Of a stretch of DNA of 64,000 nt, positions 32,115 to 42,673 are shown in pieces; position 1 is the stretch's first letter, and each line of letters opens with the position of its first letter. Made by a program: the position numbers and the translations under genes. The stretch comes from Rhizobium sp. Q54 (GTDB lineage Bacteria; Pseudomonadota; Alphaproteobacteria; UBA2966; CAIVPW01): the NCBI GenBank assembly GCA_945947575.1, contig CAMEYM010000014.1, positions 2,738-66,737 on the forward strand. The letters run 5' to 3'. Below the pieces are notes generated by a model. It was not told the origin of the DNA. It worked only from the letters and a program-made list of their open reading frames with translations, and made no database searches.

Positions 32115-33509
32115 TTGCGTTACACCAGCACCCGCGGGCAGGCGCCCGCCCTCGACTTCGCCGATGTCCTGCTCGCCGGGCTGGCCCCCGACGGTGGCCT
32201 CTACGTGCCGGACAGCTGGCCGCGTGTCTCGCCCGACGAGATCGCCTCGTTCGCGACGCGCAGCTACGCCGACGTCGCCACCGACATCATGTCCCGATTC
32301 ATCGGCGACGCGATTCCCAAGTCCGACCTCGCCGCCATGGTCGAGGCCGCCTATCGCGACTTCGATCATCCGGGCATCGCGCCGTTGCGCCAACTCGACG
32401 CGGGCGAATGGATCCTCGAGCTGTTCCACGGCCCGACGCTGTCGTTCAAGGACTACGCACTGCAGGTCGTCGGCCTGCTCTTCGACCACGTCCTGCGCCG
32501 CCGCAAGCTGCACATGACGGTGGTCGGCGCGACATCGGGCGACACCGGTTCCGCCGCCATCGAGGCGGTGCGCGACCGCGAGTCGATCACCGCGTTCATC
32601 CTGCACCCGGAAGGCCGCGTCACCGACGTGCAGCGCCGCCAGATGACGACGGTGAAGTCCAAGAACATCCACAACGTCGCCATCCAGGGCAACTTCGACG
32701 ACTGCCAGGCGCTGGTGAAGCAGATGTTCGGCGACGCAGCGTTCCGCGACCGCTTGCGTCTCACGGCGGTGAACTCGATCAACTGGGCGCGCGTCATGGC
32801 CCAGGTCGTCTACTACTTCACGTCCGCTGCGGCGCTCGGCGCGCCGGCGCGGGTGCCTGCCTTCTCGGTGCCGACCGGCAACTTCGGTGACGCCTTCGCC
32901 GGGCACGTCGCGCGCCGCATGGGGCTCGCCATCCCGCAGATGGTCATTGCCACCAATCGCAACGACATCCTGGTGCGCCTGCTTGCCACCGGCATCTATC
33001 GCAAAGGCGCGGTGTTCGCCTCGGTGACGCCGTCCATCGACATCCAGGTGTCGAGCAACTTCGAGCGCCTCCTGCTCGAACTCGAGGGCAACGATCCCGC
33101 CGTGGTCAAGGCGCGCATGGACGGCCTCGAGCAGAGTGGCGAATTCAAGATCAGCCCGGCCGCGCTGGCCAAGATGCGCGCCGAGTTCGATGGCCGCGCC
33201 GTCAGCGAGAGCCAAACGCTGGCCTGCATGCGCGAGGTCCTGACCGCGAGCGGCATCCTCATCGATCCGCACACCGCGGTGGGTGTCGTGGCTGGCCGCG
33301 CCCTGTGGCGTGAGCGCAAGGTGCCGATGGTGTACCTTTCGACAGCGCACCCCGCCAAGTTCCCGGATGCGGTGGCCGAGGCGACCGGGGGCGACGCGCC
33401 ATTGCCGCCGCGGCTGGCCGACCTACATCAGCGGCCCGAGCGTTTCGACGTGCTGCCCAACGACTTGGCGAAAGTGAAAGCCTACGTGGAAGCGCGCGCC
33501 GCTTCTTGA
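32115..33509 (+). CDS. thrC: threonine synthase
   Basis: TTG at 32115 gives (M)RYTSTRGQAPALDFADVLLAGLAPDGGLYVP, the canonical ThrC N-terminus; a PLP fold follows. The 115 codons upstream in the track ORF lie in an AT-rich non-coding leader. Confidence 0.88.
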   Translation: MRYTSTRGQAPALDFADVLLAGLAPDGGLYVPDSWPRVSPDEIASFATRSYADVATDIMSRFIGDAIPKSDLAAMVEAAYRDFDHPGIAPLRQLDAGEWILELFHGPTLSFKDYALQVVGLLFDHVLRRRKLHMTVVGATSGDTGSAAIEAVRDRESITAFILHPEGRVTDVQRRQMTTVKSKNIHNVAIQGNFDDCQALVKQMFGDAAFRDRLRLTAVNSINWARVMAQVVYYFTSAAALGAPARVPAFSVPTGNFGDAFAGHVARRMGLAIPQMVIATNRNDILVRLLATGIYRKGAVFASVTPSIDIQVSSNFERLLLELEGNDPAVVKARMDGLEQSGEFKISPAALAKMRAEFDGRAVSESQTLACMREVLTASGILIDPHTAVGVVAGRALWRERKVPMVYLSTAHPAKFPDAVAEATGGDAPLPPRLADLHQRPERFDVLPNDLAKVKAYVEARAAS

Positions 33510-33516
33510 GGAGAGC

Positions 33517-34773
33517 ATGACCGTCGAAATCACCCGCCTGCCGAACGGCCTCACGGTTGCCAGCGACTCGATGCCCGGGTTCGAGACGACCGCGGTCGGC
33601 GTCTGGGTGAGCGCCGGCACGCGCTACGAGGCGGCGGATCTCAACGGCGCCGCCCACATGCTCGAGCACATGGCCTTCAAGGGCACCGAGCGCCGTTCGG
33701 CGCGCCGCATCGCCGAAGAGATCGAGGACGTCGGCGGCCATCTCGACGCCTACACCACGCGCGAGCAGACCGCCTACGTCGCGCGCGTACTGAAAGACGA
33801 CGTACCGCTCGCCGTCGATATTCTCGCCGACATCCTGCAGCACTCGGTGTTCGCCGACGATGAGCTCGCCCGCGAGCGCACGGTCGTCCTGCAGGAGATC
33901 GGCGAGGTCAACGACACGCCCGACGACATCGTCTTCGACCAGCTGCAGGCGGTGGCGTTCCCCGACCAGCCGATCGGCCGCACCATCCTCGGCCCGCCGG
34001 AGCGCGTCTCGACCTTCTCGCGCGAGGACCTGCTGCGCTTCATCGGTGCGCACTACCGCGCCCCGCGCATGGTCGTGTCCGCTGCCGGCGCTGTCCGCCA
34101 CGCCGATCTCGTCAAGCTTGTCGAGGATCGCTTCTCCGACTTGCCGCCGAACGACGGCGATGGCCGCGCCGCGGCGCGCTATGTCGGCGGCGATTCGCGA
34201 GAGCGCCGTCAGCTCGAGCAGGCCCACCTCCTGCTCGCCTGGGAATCGGTGCCGTATGGCGATCCCGACTACTTCGCTACCCAGGTGTTCTCGACCATCC
34301 TCGGCGGCGGCATGTCCTCGCGGCTCTTCCAGGAAGTGCGCGAGAAGCGCGGTCTCGCCTACAGCATCTTCTCGTTCGCCCACTCGTACCTGGATTGCGG
34401 CATCTTCGGCGTTTACACCGGCACCAGTGGCAAGGACGCCGCCGAGGCCGCCAAGATCATCGCTGACGAGATCCACGGCGTCGCCAACGGCATCAGCGAG
34501 GGCGAGATCGTCCGCGCCCGCGCCCAGCACAAGGCGGCCATCATGATGGCCCTGGAAAGCTCCTCGGCGCGCTGCGAGCATCTGGCCCGCCAGCTCCTGA
34601 TCTACGGCCGGCCAATGACGCCGGCCGAGGTCATCGAGCGCATCGACAAGGTGGACGCGGCTGCCCTGGCGCGCGTCTCCGGCCGCATCGCCAAATCCAA
34701 GCTGTCCCTCGCGGCGCTAGGATTGGTGGGGAAGCTGGAGGGTTTTGATAAGCTCGCCCAGCGCTTCCACTAG
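33517..34773 (+). CDS. M16 family zinc peptidase (insulinase-like)
   Basis: Inverted zinc motif HMLEHMAFKGT and the glutamate EIEDVGG...E; 418 aa. Confidence 0.9.
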   Translation: MTVEITRLPNGLTVASDSMPGFETTAVGVWVSAGTRYEAADLNGAAHMLEHMAFKGTERRSARRIAEEIEDVGGHLDAYTTREQTAYVARVLKDDVPLAVDILADILQHSVFADDELARERTVVLQEIGEVNDTPDDIVFDQLQAVAFPDQPIGRTILGPPERVSTFSREDLLRFIGAHYRAPRMVVSAAGAVRHADLVKLVEDRFSDLPPNDGDGRAAARYVGGDSRERRQLEQAHLLLAWESVPYGDPDYFATQVFSTILGGGMSSRLFQEVREKRGLAYSIFSFAHSYLDCGIFGVYTGTSGKDAAEAAKIIADEIHGVANGISEGEIVRARAQHKAAIMMALESSSARCEHLARQLLIYGRPMTPAEVIERIDKVDAAALARVSGRIAKSKLSLAALGLVGKLEGFDKLAQRFH

Positions 34774-34809
34774 GCGCTAGGGAGGGCAGGGGGGAGCCCC
34801 AAGGGAGCC

Positions 34810-35397
34810 ATGTTCCCGATCCTCGATCGCATGACGCGCCCGCCCTTGTGGCGGCGCTACGACGGCGAGACGACCTTCGTGCGCCCGCCCGAGGCACGCG
34901 ACTGGCTGCCGTGGGCCGAGCTGCGCGCCGAATCGCGCGTCTTCCTCGAGCCGTGGGAGCCGACCTGGCCCAAGGATGCACTGGCGAAGGACGCCTTCCG
35001 GCGCCGCCTGCAGCGCTACACGCGCGACGCCCGCGACGACGAGGGCTACGCCTTCCTGGTGTTCCGCAAATCGGACGAGCTGCTGGTCGGCGGCCTCAAC
35101 CTGTCCAATGTGACGCGTGGCATCCGCCAATCGTGCTCGGTCGGCTACTGGATCGGCCAGCGCTTCGCCCGCCAGGGCCTCATGACCGACGCCGTGCGCA
35201 CAGCCGTCACCTTCGCCTTCGACCAGCTGCGCCTGCACCGCGTCGAGGCGGGCTGCGTGCCGACCAACCTCGCCAGCCGCGGCCTGCTGCTAAAGGCCGG
35301 ATTCCAGGAAGAAGGCTTCGCCCGCAAGTACCTGAACATCAACGGCCGTTGGCACGACCATCTGCTGTTCGCGATGTTGGGGTCTGACCCGCGCTAG
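34810..35397 (+). CDS. GNAT family N-acetyltransferase (RimJ/RimL-like)
   Basis: 195 aa with the GNAT core (VGYWIGQRFARQGLMTDAVRTAVTFAF). Confidence 0.8.
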   Translation: MFPILDRMTRPPLWRRYDGETTFVRPPEARDWLPWAELRAESRVFLEPWEPTWPKDALAKDAFRRRLQRYTRDARDDEGYAFLVFRKSDELLVGGLNLSNVTRGIRQSCSVGYWIGQRFARQGLMTDAVRTAVTFAFDQLRLHRVEAGCVPTNLASRGLLLKAGFQEEGFARKYLNINGRWHDHLLFAMLGSDPR

Positions 35398-35960
35398 GCG
35401 TGCCCGGCGGCGCTCGACAGCGCCGACAGATCGAGACCGATCTTGCGGATGGCGCGGTGCCACTTGTTGTCGACGTTGTTGCTGAACAGCAAATCCTCGT
35501 CTGCCGGCGCCTGCAGCCAACCGTTGGCCTGGATCTCCGACTCGAGCTGTCCCGCCGCCCACCCGGCATAGCCGAGCGCCAGCAGGCTGCGGCGCGGACC
35601 GTTGCCCGCGGCGATGGCGGCGAGCACGTCCATGCTGGCCGTGAGCGCGATCTCCTCGCTGACCACGAGGGTCGTCTCGCGCACGTAGTCGGAGGAGTGC
35701 AGCACGAAGCCGCGCGCCTGCTCGACCGGCCCGCCGACATGCACGCGAATCTCTTCGCTCGGCGCCGCGGCGATGCCGAGCTGGCCGAGCAGTTCGGAGA
35801 ACGAGATATGGTCGGCCAGCCGGTTGATGATGAGGCCGAGCGCGCCGGCGCTCGAATGCGCACACATGTAGATGACCGAGCGCTCGAAGCGCGGGTCATC
35901 CATGGCGGGCATGGCGACCAGAAGCTGGCCGGTTAGGTATCCGTCGATGATCGCCGTCAT
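35394..35960 (-). CDS. YqgE/AlgH family protein (UPF0301)
   Basis: 188 aa from MTAIIDGYLTGQLLVAMPAMDDPRFERSVIYMCAHS, the classic YqgE N-terminus. Confidence 0.85.
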   Translation of the reverse strand: MTAIIDGYLTGQLLVAMPAMDDPRFERSVIYMCAHSSAGALGLIINRLADHISFSELLGQLGIAAAPSEEIRVHVGGPVEQARGFVLHSSDYVRETTLVVSEEIALTASMDVLAAIAAGNGPRRSLLALGYAGWAAGQLESEIQANGWLQAPADEDLLFSNNVDNKWHRAIRKIGLDLSALSSAAGHA

Positions 35961-36183
35961 GGCTCGATTCGCGGCTGATTCCCTAGGAATCTCGACAACG
36001 TGAAAGTAGCATGGCACCCATGGGTCTAGTATCTGTTTTCCGCGCCGCCATTCGGCATGGGCGCGCACTCCGTTGCCAGCTCGCGCGCGCGGATCTCCGC
36101 GTTGTGATCCTTGTCCGCTGCAATCGTGCGGACTTCGTGGGCAAAATGGCGGAGACAATGTTGTGACACTTTTGGGAGGCGCG

Positions 36184-37032
36184 ATGCGTCTGAACGCATT
36201 GGTCCGGTTGCTCGCCCCGCTGCTCGTGCTGGCATGCGCCGCCGCGCCCGCGGACGCTCTCGAAGGCGCATGGGCGCAGAAGGCGCACAGCTCGGTGCGC
36301 GTGCTAGCCCTTGGCGCGTCTCCGACCGATCCCGACGCGGTCATCCTCGGCATCCACATCCGCATGCAGCCGGGCTGGGAGACGTATTGGCGTTCGCCCG
36401 GAGACGCCGGAGTGCCGCCCGACTTCTTCTTCGACGACACCGAGAACGTCGATGAGCTCTACGTCGACTGGCCGCTGCCCACCAAGAAGGTGACGGCCGG
36501 CATGACCACCTATGTCTATCAAGGCGAGGTGCTGCTGCCGATCACGGTCTACCCCCACGACCGCACCCAGCCGATCAAGCTGCGCATGAAGATCACCTAC
36601 GCGGCGTGCCGCGACGTGTGCATGCTCGAAGAAGCCGACCTTGCTCTCGACGTCGCCGCCGACCACAACGACGACCGCCTCGCCGAGCTGTTCGCCAAGA
36701 ACGCGGCGCGCATGCCCGTGCTCGACAACACGCCCGAGGTCGCCATCGAGCGCGTCAACGCCGCCGCCGCCGACGGCAAGCAGCGTCTCGAGGTGGTGGC
36801 GCGCGCCGCCGCGCCGTGGATCGACCCCCAGGTCATCATCGAGGCCGAGCCCGGATTCGCCTTCAAGCCGGCCGTCATCACCCCGACCATGGAGGGCCGC
36901 CGCATCATCGCGCGCGCCGAGTACACCCATGCCGCCGGCCTGCAGATCCCGGAAGGCGCCACCGTGGTGGTCACGGTCTACGACGCCACCCGCGCCATCG
37001 AGCGCATCATGCTGGTGTATCCGCCCGAGTAG
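36184..37032 (+). CDS. DsbD/DsbC N-terminal-domain protein (periplasmic thiol-disulfide)
   Basis: Start at MRLNALVRLLAPLLVLACAAAPADA (signal peptide). It has a cysteine pair (YAACRDVCMLEE) characteristic of the DsbD alpha-like domain, and sits next to a peroxiredoxin. Confidence 0.68.
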   Translation: MRLNALVRLLAPLLVLACAAAPADALEGAWAQKAHSSVRVLALGASPTDPDAVILGIHIRMQPGWETYWRSPGDAGVPPDFFFDDTENVDELYVDWPLPTKKVTAGMTTYVYQGEVLLPITVYPHDRTQPIKLRMKITYAACRDVCMLEEADLALDVAADHNDDRLAELFAKNAARMPVLDNTPEVAIERVNAAAADGKQRLEVVARAAAPWIDPQVIIEAEPGFAFKPAVITPTMEGRRIIARAEYTHAAGLQIPEGATVVVTVYDATRAIERIMLVYPPE

Positions 37033-37095
37033 TTCCAACGGCCCGGCCCAGTGTGATAAGCACCTGCCGCAATTGCACACGGACGGAGAGATTTC

Positions 37096-37572
37096 ATGAT
37101 CAAGGTCGGCGATACCATTCCCGAGGGCAAGGTTGCCAAGATCGCCGCGCAGGGCGCGGGCCTGGTCAACACGCGCGAGTTCTTCGCCGACAAGAAGACC
37201 ATCCTGTTCGGCGTGCCGGGCGCCTTCACGCCGGTGTGCTCGGAAAAGCATCTGCCGGGCTTCCTGGCGCTCGCCGACAAGCTGCGCGACAAAGGCGTTG
37301 GCGCCATCCTGTGCCTCTCGGTCAACGACCGCCACGTCATGAACGCGTGGGCCAAGGACCAGAACGTCGGCGACAAGGTCATCATGCTGGCCGACGGCAA
37401 AGCCGATTTCACCAAGGCTCTCGGCATGGACATCGACATCGACAACATGGGCGTGCGCTCCAAGCGCTTTGCCCTCGTCATCGATCGCGGCAAGGTCACC
37501 CAGGTCGCCCTCGAAGAGACCACCGGCGCCCACTCGGTCTCGTCCGCCGAAGCGATCCTGAAGTCGCTCTAG
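37096..37572 (+). CDS. peroxiredoxin (Prx5 subfamily)
   Basis: 158 aa with [11 protein letters not shown] at the peroxidatic Cys. Confidence 0.9.
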   Translation: MIKVGDTIPEGKVAKIAAQGAGLVNTREFFADKKTILFGVPGAFTPVCSEKHLPGFLALADKLRDKGVGAILCLSVNDRHVMNAWAKDQNVGDKVIMLADGKADFTKALGMDIDIDNMGVRSKRFALVIDRGKVTQVALEETTGAHSVSSAEAILKSL

Positions 37573-38021
37573 CCGCGCTGCACGGCTTTCGCAGCGGCCA
37601 CCGCGAGCGCATCGGCGCGCTCGTTCTCGGCGTGACCCGAGTGGCCCTTGATCCAGTGCCACGACACGGTGTGATCCAGCACCAGCGCATCGAGGCGCTG
37701 CCACAGATCGACGTTCTTCACCGGATCCTTGCCGGAGGTGCGCCAGCCGTTGCGCTTCCAGCCGTGGATCCACTCGGTGATGCCCTTCTTCACGTACTGC
37801 GAGTCCGTATGCACCCGCACCGTGCTGCCCTTGCGGATCGCCTCCAGCGCCCGGATCGCCGCCATCAGCTCCATGCGGTTGTTGGTGGTGGGGTTCTCGG
37901 CCCCGGACAGCTCCTGCTCCTTGGCGCTGCGGCGCAGCAGGGCGCCCCAGCCGCCCGGCCCGGGATTTCCCAGGCACGCGCCGTCCACGAACGCATCGAC
38001 GACATCGGTAGCGTGGGTCAC
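37569..38021 (-). CDS. rnhA: ribonuclease HI
   Basis: GTG at 38021 (GTGA overlap with the thrB stop) gives [30 protein letters not shown]...HTDSQYV...[18 protein letters not shown], the full RNase H fold of 150 aa. Confidence 0.9.
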   Translation of the reverse strand: MTHATDVVDAFVDGACLGNPGPGGWGALLRRSAKEQELSGAENPTTNNRMELMAAIRALEAIRKGSTVRVHTDSQYVKKGITEWIHGWKRNGWRTSGKDPVKNVDLWQRLDALVLDHTVSWHWIKGHSGHAENERADALAVAAAKAVQRG

Positions 38022-38971
38022 GCGAGTCCGTACAGCTTCGGCGACTTGACGCCCTGGTGGAACGCCAGCCGGCGCAGGTAGGCGAGGGGGTCCTTGGGCG
38101 TCGTGCCCTTCGGGTGCAGCTTGTCGTACAGGCGCGTGATCAGGAATCGCATCGCCGCGCCGCGCAGCAGCAGCGGCAGCAGGCGCTTCTCGTCCGCGGT
38201 AAGCGGACGCACGTGGGCATAGGCGTTGAGCAGGCGTTCGCCCTTGGTGAAGTTGAAGGTGCGGTCGTCGTCGAAGCACCACGCGTTCAGGCAAACGGCG
38301 ATGTCGTAGGCGAGGAAATCGTTGCAGGCGAAATAGAAGTCGATCACGCCTGAGACGCCGTCGCCGACAAAGAACACGTTATCCGGGAAGAGATCGGCGT
38401 GGATGACGCCCGCGGGCAAGTCCGCCGGCCAGTGCGCGGCGAGATACTCGAGCTCGCGCTCGATGGTCTCGCGCATGCCCTCCTGCACGGTGTCGGCGTC
38501 CGCGCGGCATTTGGCGAAGTCGCGCTGCCAGCCCTTCACGGAAAGGTCGTTGGCGCGCTGCCCGCGGAAGTCGGCGCACGCCAGGTGCATCTGGGCGAGC
38601 GTGAACCCAAGCGCCTTGCAGTGCCACGCTTCCGGCACGGCCACCGAATGACCTTCGAGGAAGCTGAAGATGGCCGCGCGCTTCTTGGCGAGCGTGCGCA
38701 GCGCCTCGCCGTCGCGGCCCGCGATCGGCTTCGGGCAATGGATGCCGGCGCCGTCCAGGTGCTTCATCAGGTCGAGGAAGAACGGCAGGTCCTCCACCCG
38801 CACGCGCTTCTCGTACAGAGTCAGAATGTAGAGTCCGGTCGTCGTGCGCAGCCGGTAGTTGGAGTTCTCCGACCCGGCGGTGATGCCGTCGCACTCCACC
38901 AGCGTGCCGATGGCATACTCGGCCAGGAACGCCGCGACCTCAGCGCTGCTGAGTTTCGTGAAGAACGCCAT
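38018..38971 (-). CDS. thrB: homoserine kinase type II (APH-like ThrB)
   Basis: Start at [19 protein letters not shown]; aminoglycoside phosphotransferase fold with [11 protein letters not shown]. Confidence 0.85.
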   Translation of the reverse strand: MAFFTKLSSAEVAAFLAEYAIGTLVECDGITAGSENSNYRLRTTTGLYILTLYEKRVRVEDLPFFLDLMKHLDGAGIHCPKPIAGRDGEALRTLAKKRAAIFSFLEGHSVAVPEAWHCKALGFTLAQMHLACADFRGQRANDLSVKGWQRDFAKCRADADTVQEGMRETIERELEYLAAHWPADLPAGVIHADLFPDNVFFVGDGVSGVIDFYFACNDFLAYDIAVCLNAWCFDDDRTFNFTKGERLLNAYAHVRPLTADEKRLLPLLLRGAAMRFLITRLYDKLHPKGTTPKDPLAYLRRLAFHQGVKSPKLYGLA

Positions 38972-38988
38972 GCCGACGCGAAGAAGCC

Positions 38989-39936
38989 TCAGGCTTCTTC
39001 GAGCACCCGCGGCAGCTTGAATCGCACGTCTTCGGTGGTCACCACCACCGGCTCGATGGACACGTCGTGGCGGTCGCGGAAGGCGTCGATGACCTCTTGC
39101 ACCAACCGCTCCGGCGCCGACGCACCGGCGGTGATGCCGACGGTCTTCACCACGCCCACCGCGCTCCAATCGATCTCGGCGGCGCGCTGCACCAGGAACG
39201 CTCTTGCGCAGCCCGACCGCTTGGCGACCTCCACCAGGCGCACCGAGTTCGACGAGTTGGGCGCGCCCAGCACGACGATGGCGTCGCAGCGCGGCGCCAT
39301 TTCCTTCACCGCCAGCTGGCGGTTGGTGGTGGCGTAGCAGATGTCCTCGCGCTTCGGCGCGCCGATCGCCGGGAAGCGCCGGCGCAGCACCGCCAGCACC
39401 GCCTCGGTCTCATCGACCGCCAGCGTCGTCTGGGTCGCGTAGGCGACCCGGCTGGGATCGCGCGGCACGAACGCCTCGGCGTCGGCGACGTCCTCGACCA
39501 AATGAATGCTGCCTGCAGGCAGTTGGCCGAGAGTGCCGATCACCTCCGGATGGCCGGCGTGGCCGATCAGCACCACTTCGCGGCCCTCGCGCCAGTGGCG
39601 CTCGGCCTCGCGATGCACCTTGCTGACCAGCGGGCAGGTGGCGTCCACGGCGATCAGCTTGCGGTGCTTGGCGTCCTGCGGCACGGCCTTTGGTACGCCG
39701 TGGGCGGAAAACACCACCGGCGCGCCTTCGGGCACCTCGTCGAGCTCGTCGACGAACACGGCTCCTTGGGCCTGCAGGTCCTCCACCACCGTGCGGTTGT
39801 GGACGATCTCGTGGCGCACGTAGACCGGGGCGCCGTACTTCTTCAGCGCCATCTCGACGATCTGGATGGCACGATCGACGCCGGCGCAGAAGCCGCGCGG
39901 GCTGGCCAGCAGGATGCGAAGCGGCGGTCTCGCCAT
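38989..39936 (-). CDS. ispH: 4-hydroxy-3-methylbut-2-enyl diphosphate reductase
   Basis: Start at [24 protein letters not shown]; the conserved Cys residues and full-length LytB homology are present. Confidence 0.9.
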   Translation of the reverse strand: MARPPLRILLASPRGFCAGVDRAIQIVEMALKKYGAPVYVRHEIVHNRTVVEDLQAQGAVFVDELDEVPEGAPVVFSAHGVPKAVPQDAKHRKLIAVDATCPLVSKVHREAERHWREGREVVLIGHAGHPEVIGTLGQLPAGSIHLVEDVADAEAFVPRDPSRVAYATQTTLAVDETEAVLAVLRRRFPAIGAPKREDICYATTNRQLAVKEMAPRCDAIVVLGAPNSSNSVRLVEVAKRSGCARAFLVQRAAEIDWSAVGVVKTVGITAGASAPERLVQEVIDAFRDRHDVSIEPVVVTTEDVRFKLPRVLEEA

Positions 39937-40095
39937 AAGCTCGGTACGGTCAGGGATGCGTGGGTTGCGGTTGCCGCTCGTATATGTGCGGGGTAGTCTC
40001 GGCCCCCGCGGCGGTCCGCATGAAATCGCCCGCACTCTAGACGAACGGGGCTGCTTCGGCCAACGCCCCTACACCGCAGGGCCATCATCCGCACC

Positions 40096-40641
40096 GTGAG
40101 CCTGTCCGTACCGATCGCGCCCCTGCGCAGCGCCATGGCGGTTTTCGCCGTGGCCGGCGCCCTCTCGCTGGGCGCCTGCACGCGCTACATCGAGGGCACC
40201 AACCTCACCTGTCCGCGTGCCGTGATGCTCGCCGGCACCGAGACGCAGACGCGATTTGCGCCTGGCGCCGCGCGCACGGATGCCAACGTCATCGCGCAAA
40301 TCGAAATCGATAACATCCAGTATTCCTGCCAGGTCGCCACCCGGCAGGCCCTCGCCGCCGTCGCGTTCGACGTGAGAGCCGCGCGCCGCGATGTCTCCCT
40401 GGTCGGCGACATCGATGTGCCGTACTTCGTCGCGCTGACCGACGTGAACGGGACGGTTGTCGCCAAGCAGAACTTCACGACGCGCCTGCACTTCCTGCCG
40501 GGCGTATCGACGGTGACGGTTCTTGAGCGGATCCAGGAGACGATTCCCCTGGCGGCGGGCCAGCGCGCCGTCGGTTTCGAGATCATCGTCGGCATCCAGC
40601 TGACCCGCGAGGAGCTCGACTACAACCTCGCCCGCCGGTAG
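40096..40641 (+). CDS. hypothetical lipoprotein
   Basis: Lipobox ALSLGAC after a signal peptide; no recognisable domain. The start is M1 or the M of MAVFAV. Confidence 0.5.
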   Translation: MSLSVPIAPLRSAMAVFAVAGALSLGACTRYIEGTNLTCPRAVMLAGTETQTRFAPGAARTDANVIAQIEIDNIQYSCQVATRQALAAVAFDVRAARRDVSLVGDIDVPYFVALTDVNGTVVAKQNFTTRLHFLPGVSTVTVLERIQETIPLAAGQRAVGFEIIVGIQLTREELDYNLARR

Positions 40642-40760
40642 CGGCCCGCCCGGATTTCCGCGCGTTTCTGCGACGTCACGGTTGGTTGACTCGTGGGTGG
40701 TGCCGACTAATATGCCCGCCATCGAACGGGCTCGGGACAGCCTGATCGACCATACTTCGC

Positions 40761-40978
40761 CCCTGCGGGAGAGACCGGCTTTTCGCTTTTGATGCCGGCG
40801 CCGAAGGAGCAACCGCCCCGGAAACTCTCAGGCAAGCGGGACCGCAGGGGAAGACAAACTCTGGAAAGAGGGCAGGGGACCGCGACGGTCGCTTGCCCCA
40901 CCGACGGAGTAAACCGTGGCCAAGGGGTCAAACCCCATGTGCCGCGGTGAATCTCTCAGGTCCGTGGACAGAGGGGGC
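40761..40978 (+). promoter_or_regulatory. tandem glycine riboswitch (two aptamers) in the gcvT leader
   Basis: Aptamer 1 has GGGAGAGACC...GGCGCCGAAGGAGCAACC...CUCUCAGGCAAGCGGGAC. Aptamer 2 has CUCUGGAAAGAG...CACCGACGGAGUAAACC...UCUCUCAGGUCC...GGACAGAGGG. Both agree closely with the conserved glycine-aptamer cores and sit 45 nt ahead of gcvT. Confidence 0.88.
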
Positions 40979-41022
40979 GCGAGCCGCAAGCACTGCGGCA
41001 GCGGGCCTCTGTCTGGGGAATC

Positions 41023-42150
41023 ATGAGCGAAGCTGCCGCCGACCTTCGTAAGACCGCTTTGCATGCGCTGCACGTCGAGCTGGGCGCCCGCATGGTGCCG
41101 TTCGCCGGCTACGACATGCCGGTCCAGTATCCCGCGGGCATCCTCACCGAGCACAACCACACGCGGGCCAAGGCGGGTCTGTTCGACGTCTCGCACATGG
41201 GCCAGGCGCGCCTGTGGGGTGTCGGCGCCGACAAGGCGATCGAGGCGCTGGTGCCGGGCAATATCGTCGGGTTGGCGCCCACCCGCATCCGCTACACCGT
41301 CTTCACCAACGACAAGGGCGGCATCCTCGACGACCTGACCATCGGCCGCGCCGCGGACCATCTCAGCATCGTCGTCAACGCCGCCTGCAAGGAAGCCGAC
41401 TACGAGCACATGCGCCGCGGCCTGCCCAAGAGCATGCGCCTCGAGATCCTCGAAGACCGCGCGCTGCTGGCGCTGCAGGGTCCCGCCGCCGAAGCGGTGA
41501 TGGCGCGCTTTGCCCCCGACGCCGCCAAGCTCACCTTCATGGCGTTCGCCGGCATGAAGGTCGCGGGTCTCGACTGCACGGTCTTCCGGTCCGGCTACAC
41601 CGGCGAGGACGGCTACGAGATCTCGGTCGCCAACAAGGACGCCGAAAGCTTCGCCCGCAAGCTCCTCAAGGAGCCCGAGGTGATGCCCATCGGCCTTGGC
41701 GCCCGCGACAGCCTACGCCTGGAAGCCGGCCTTTGCCTCTACGGCCACGACCTCGACACCACGACGACGCCGGCCGAAGGCGACCTCGGCTGGACCATCG
41801 CCAAGCGCCGCCGCGAAGAAGGCGGCGGCTTCCCCGGCGACAAGATCGTCCTCAAGCAGCTGGCCGACGGCCCGCCGCGCATCCGCGTCGGCATCAAGCC
41901 CGACGGCCGCGCGCCCGCGCGCGAGGGCACCGTGGTGCTCGCCGCCCAAGGGCCCAATGCTGGTAAGGAGATCGGCAAGATCACCTCCGGCGGCTTCGGC
42001 CCGACCGCGAACGGTCCGGTCGCCATGGGCTACGTCACCAAGGGCAACAACGCCGTCGGAACCCCGCTCGGTCTCGTCGTGCGTGGCACCACTCTCGGCG
42101 CGAAGGTGGCCTCGCTGCCGTTCGTGCCGCATCGCTACAAGAAAGCTTGA
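41023..42150 (+). CDS. gcvT: glycine cleavage system aminomethyltransferase T
   Basis: 375 aa with full GcvT homology. Confidence 0.95.
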   Translation: MSEAAADLRKTALHALHVELGARMVPFAGYDMPVQYPAGILTEHNHTRAKAGLFDVSHMGQARLWGVGADKAIEALVPGNIVGLAPTRIRYTVFTNDKGGILDDLTIGRAADHLSIVVNAACKEADYEHMRRGLPKSMRLEILEDRALLALQGPAAEAVMARFAPDAAKLTFMAFAGMKVAGLDCTVFRSGYTGEDGYEISVANKDAESFARKLLKEPEVMPIGLGARDSLRLEAGLCLYGHDLDTTTTPAEGDLGWTIAKRRREEGGGFPGDKIVLKQLADGPPRIRVGIKPDGRAPAREGTVVLAAQGPNAGKEIGKITSGGFGPTANGPVAMGYVTKGNNAVGTPLGLVVRGTTLGAKVASLPFVPHRYKKA

Positions 42151-42165
42151 GAAAGGGAGACGATC

Positions 42166-42543
42166 ATGGCGGAACGCCGCTTTACGAAAGACCACGAGTG
42201 GATCGAGCTGAACGGAGCCATAGCCACCGTCGGCATCACCAACTACGCCCAGGAGCAGCTCGGCGACGTCGTGTTCGTCGATCTGCCGCCCGCCGGCAAG
42301 AAGATCACCAAGGGTGGCGAGGCCGCCGTCGTCGAGTCGGTCAAGGCCGCCTCCGAGGTCTACTCGCCGGTCACCGGCGAAGTAGTCGAGAGCAACGCCG
42401 ACCTCGCCAAGAACCCGGCGCTGGCCAACACCGCTGCCGAAGCTGGCGGCTGGTTCGTCAAGATCAAGGTCGCCGACCCCAAGGAGCTGTCCGCGCTGAT
42501 GGACGCCGCCGCCTACAAGAAGTTCGTCGACGGCCTGCACTAG
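42166..42543 (+). CDS. gcvH: glycine cleavage system H protein
   Basis: 125 aa; the lipoyl-lysine motif [13 protein letters not shown] is present. Confidence 0.95.
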   Translation: MAERRFTKDHEWIELNGAIATVGITNYAQEQLGDVVFVDLPPAGKKITKGGEAAVVESVKAASEVYSPVTGEVVESNADLAKNPALANTAAEAGGWFVKIKVADPKELSALMDAAAYKKFVDGLH

Positions 42544-42673
42544 GAACTACGCCCGGACGTCATTGCGAGCGAGCGTAGCGAGCGCGGCAATCCAGGAGCC
42601 GCGCACGCGTCAGCCAGACTGGATCGCCACGGCGCGTTGCGCCTCGCGATGACAGAGGAAAGAGTGAACTGAA

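Noticed and set aside
42553-42650. CRISPR repeat or mobile-element terminal inverted repeat between gcvH and gcvPA
   Set aside because: Only a single inverted-repeat pair, with no spacer-repeat periodicity and no transposase nearby; treated as an RNA structure or REP-like element instead.
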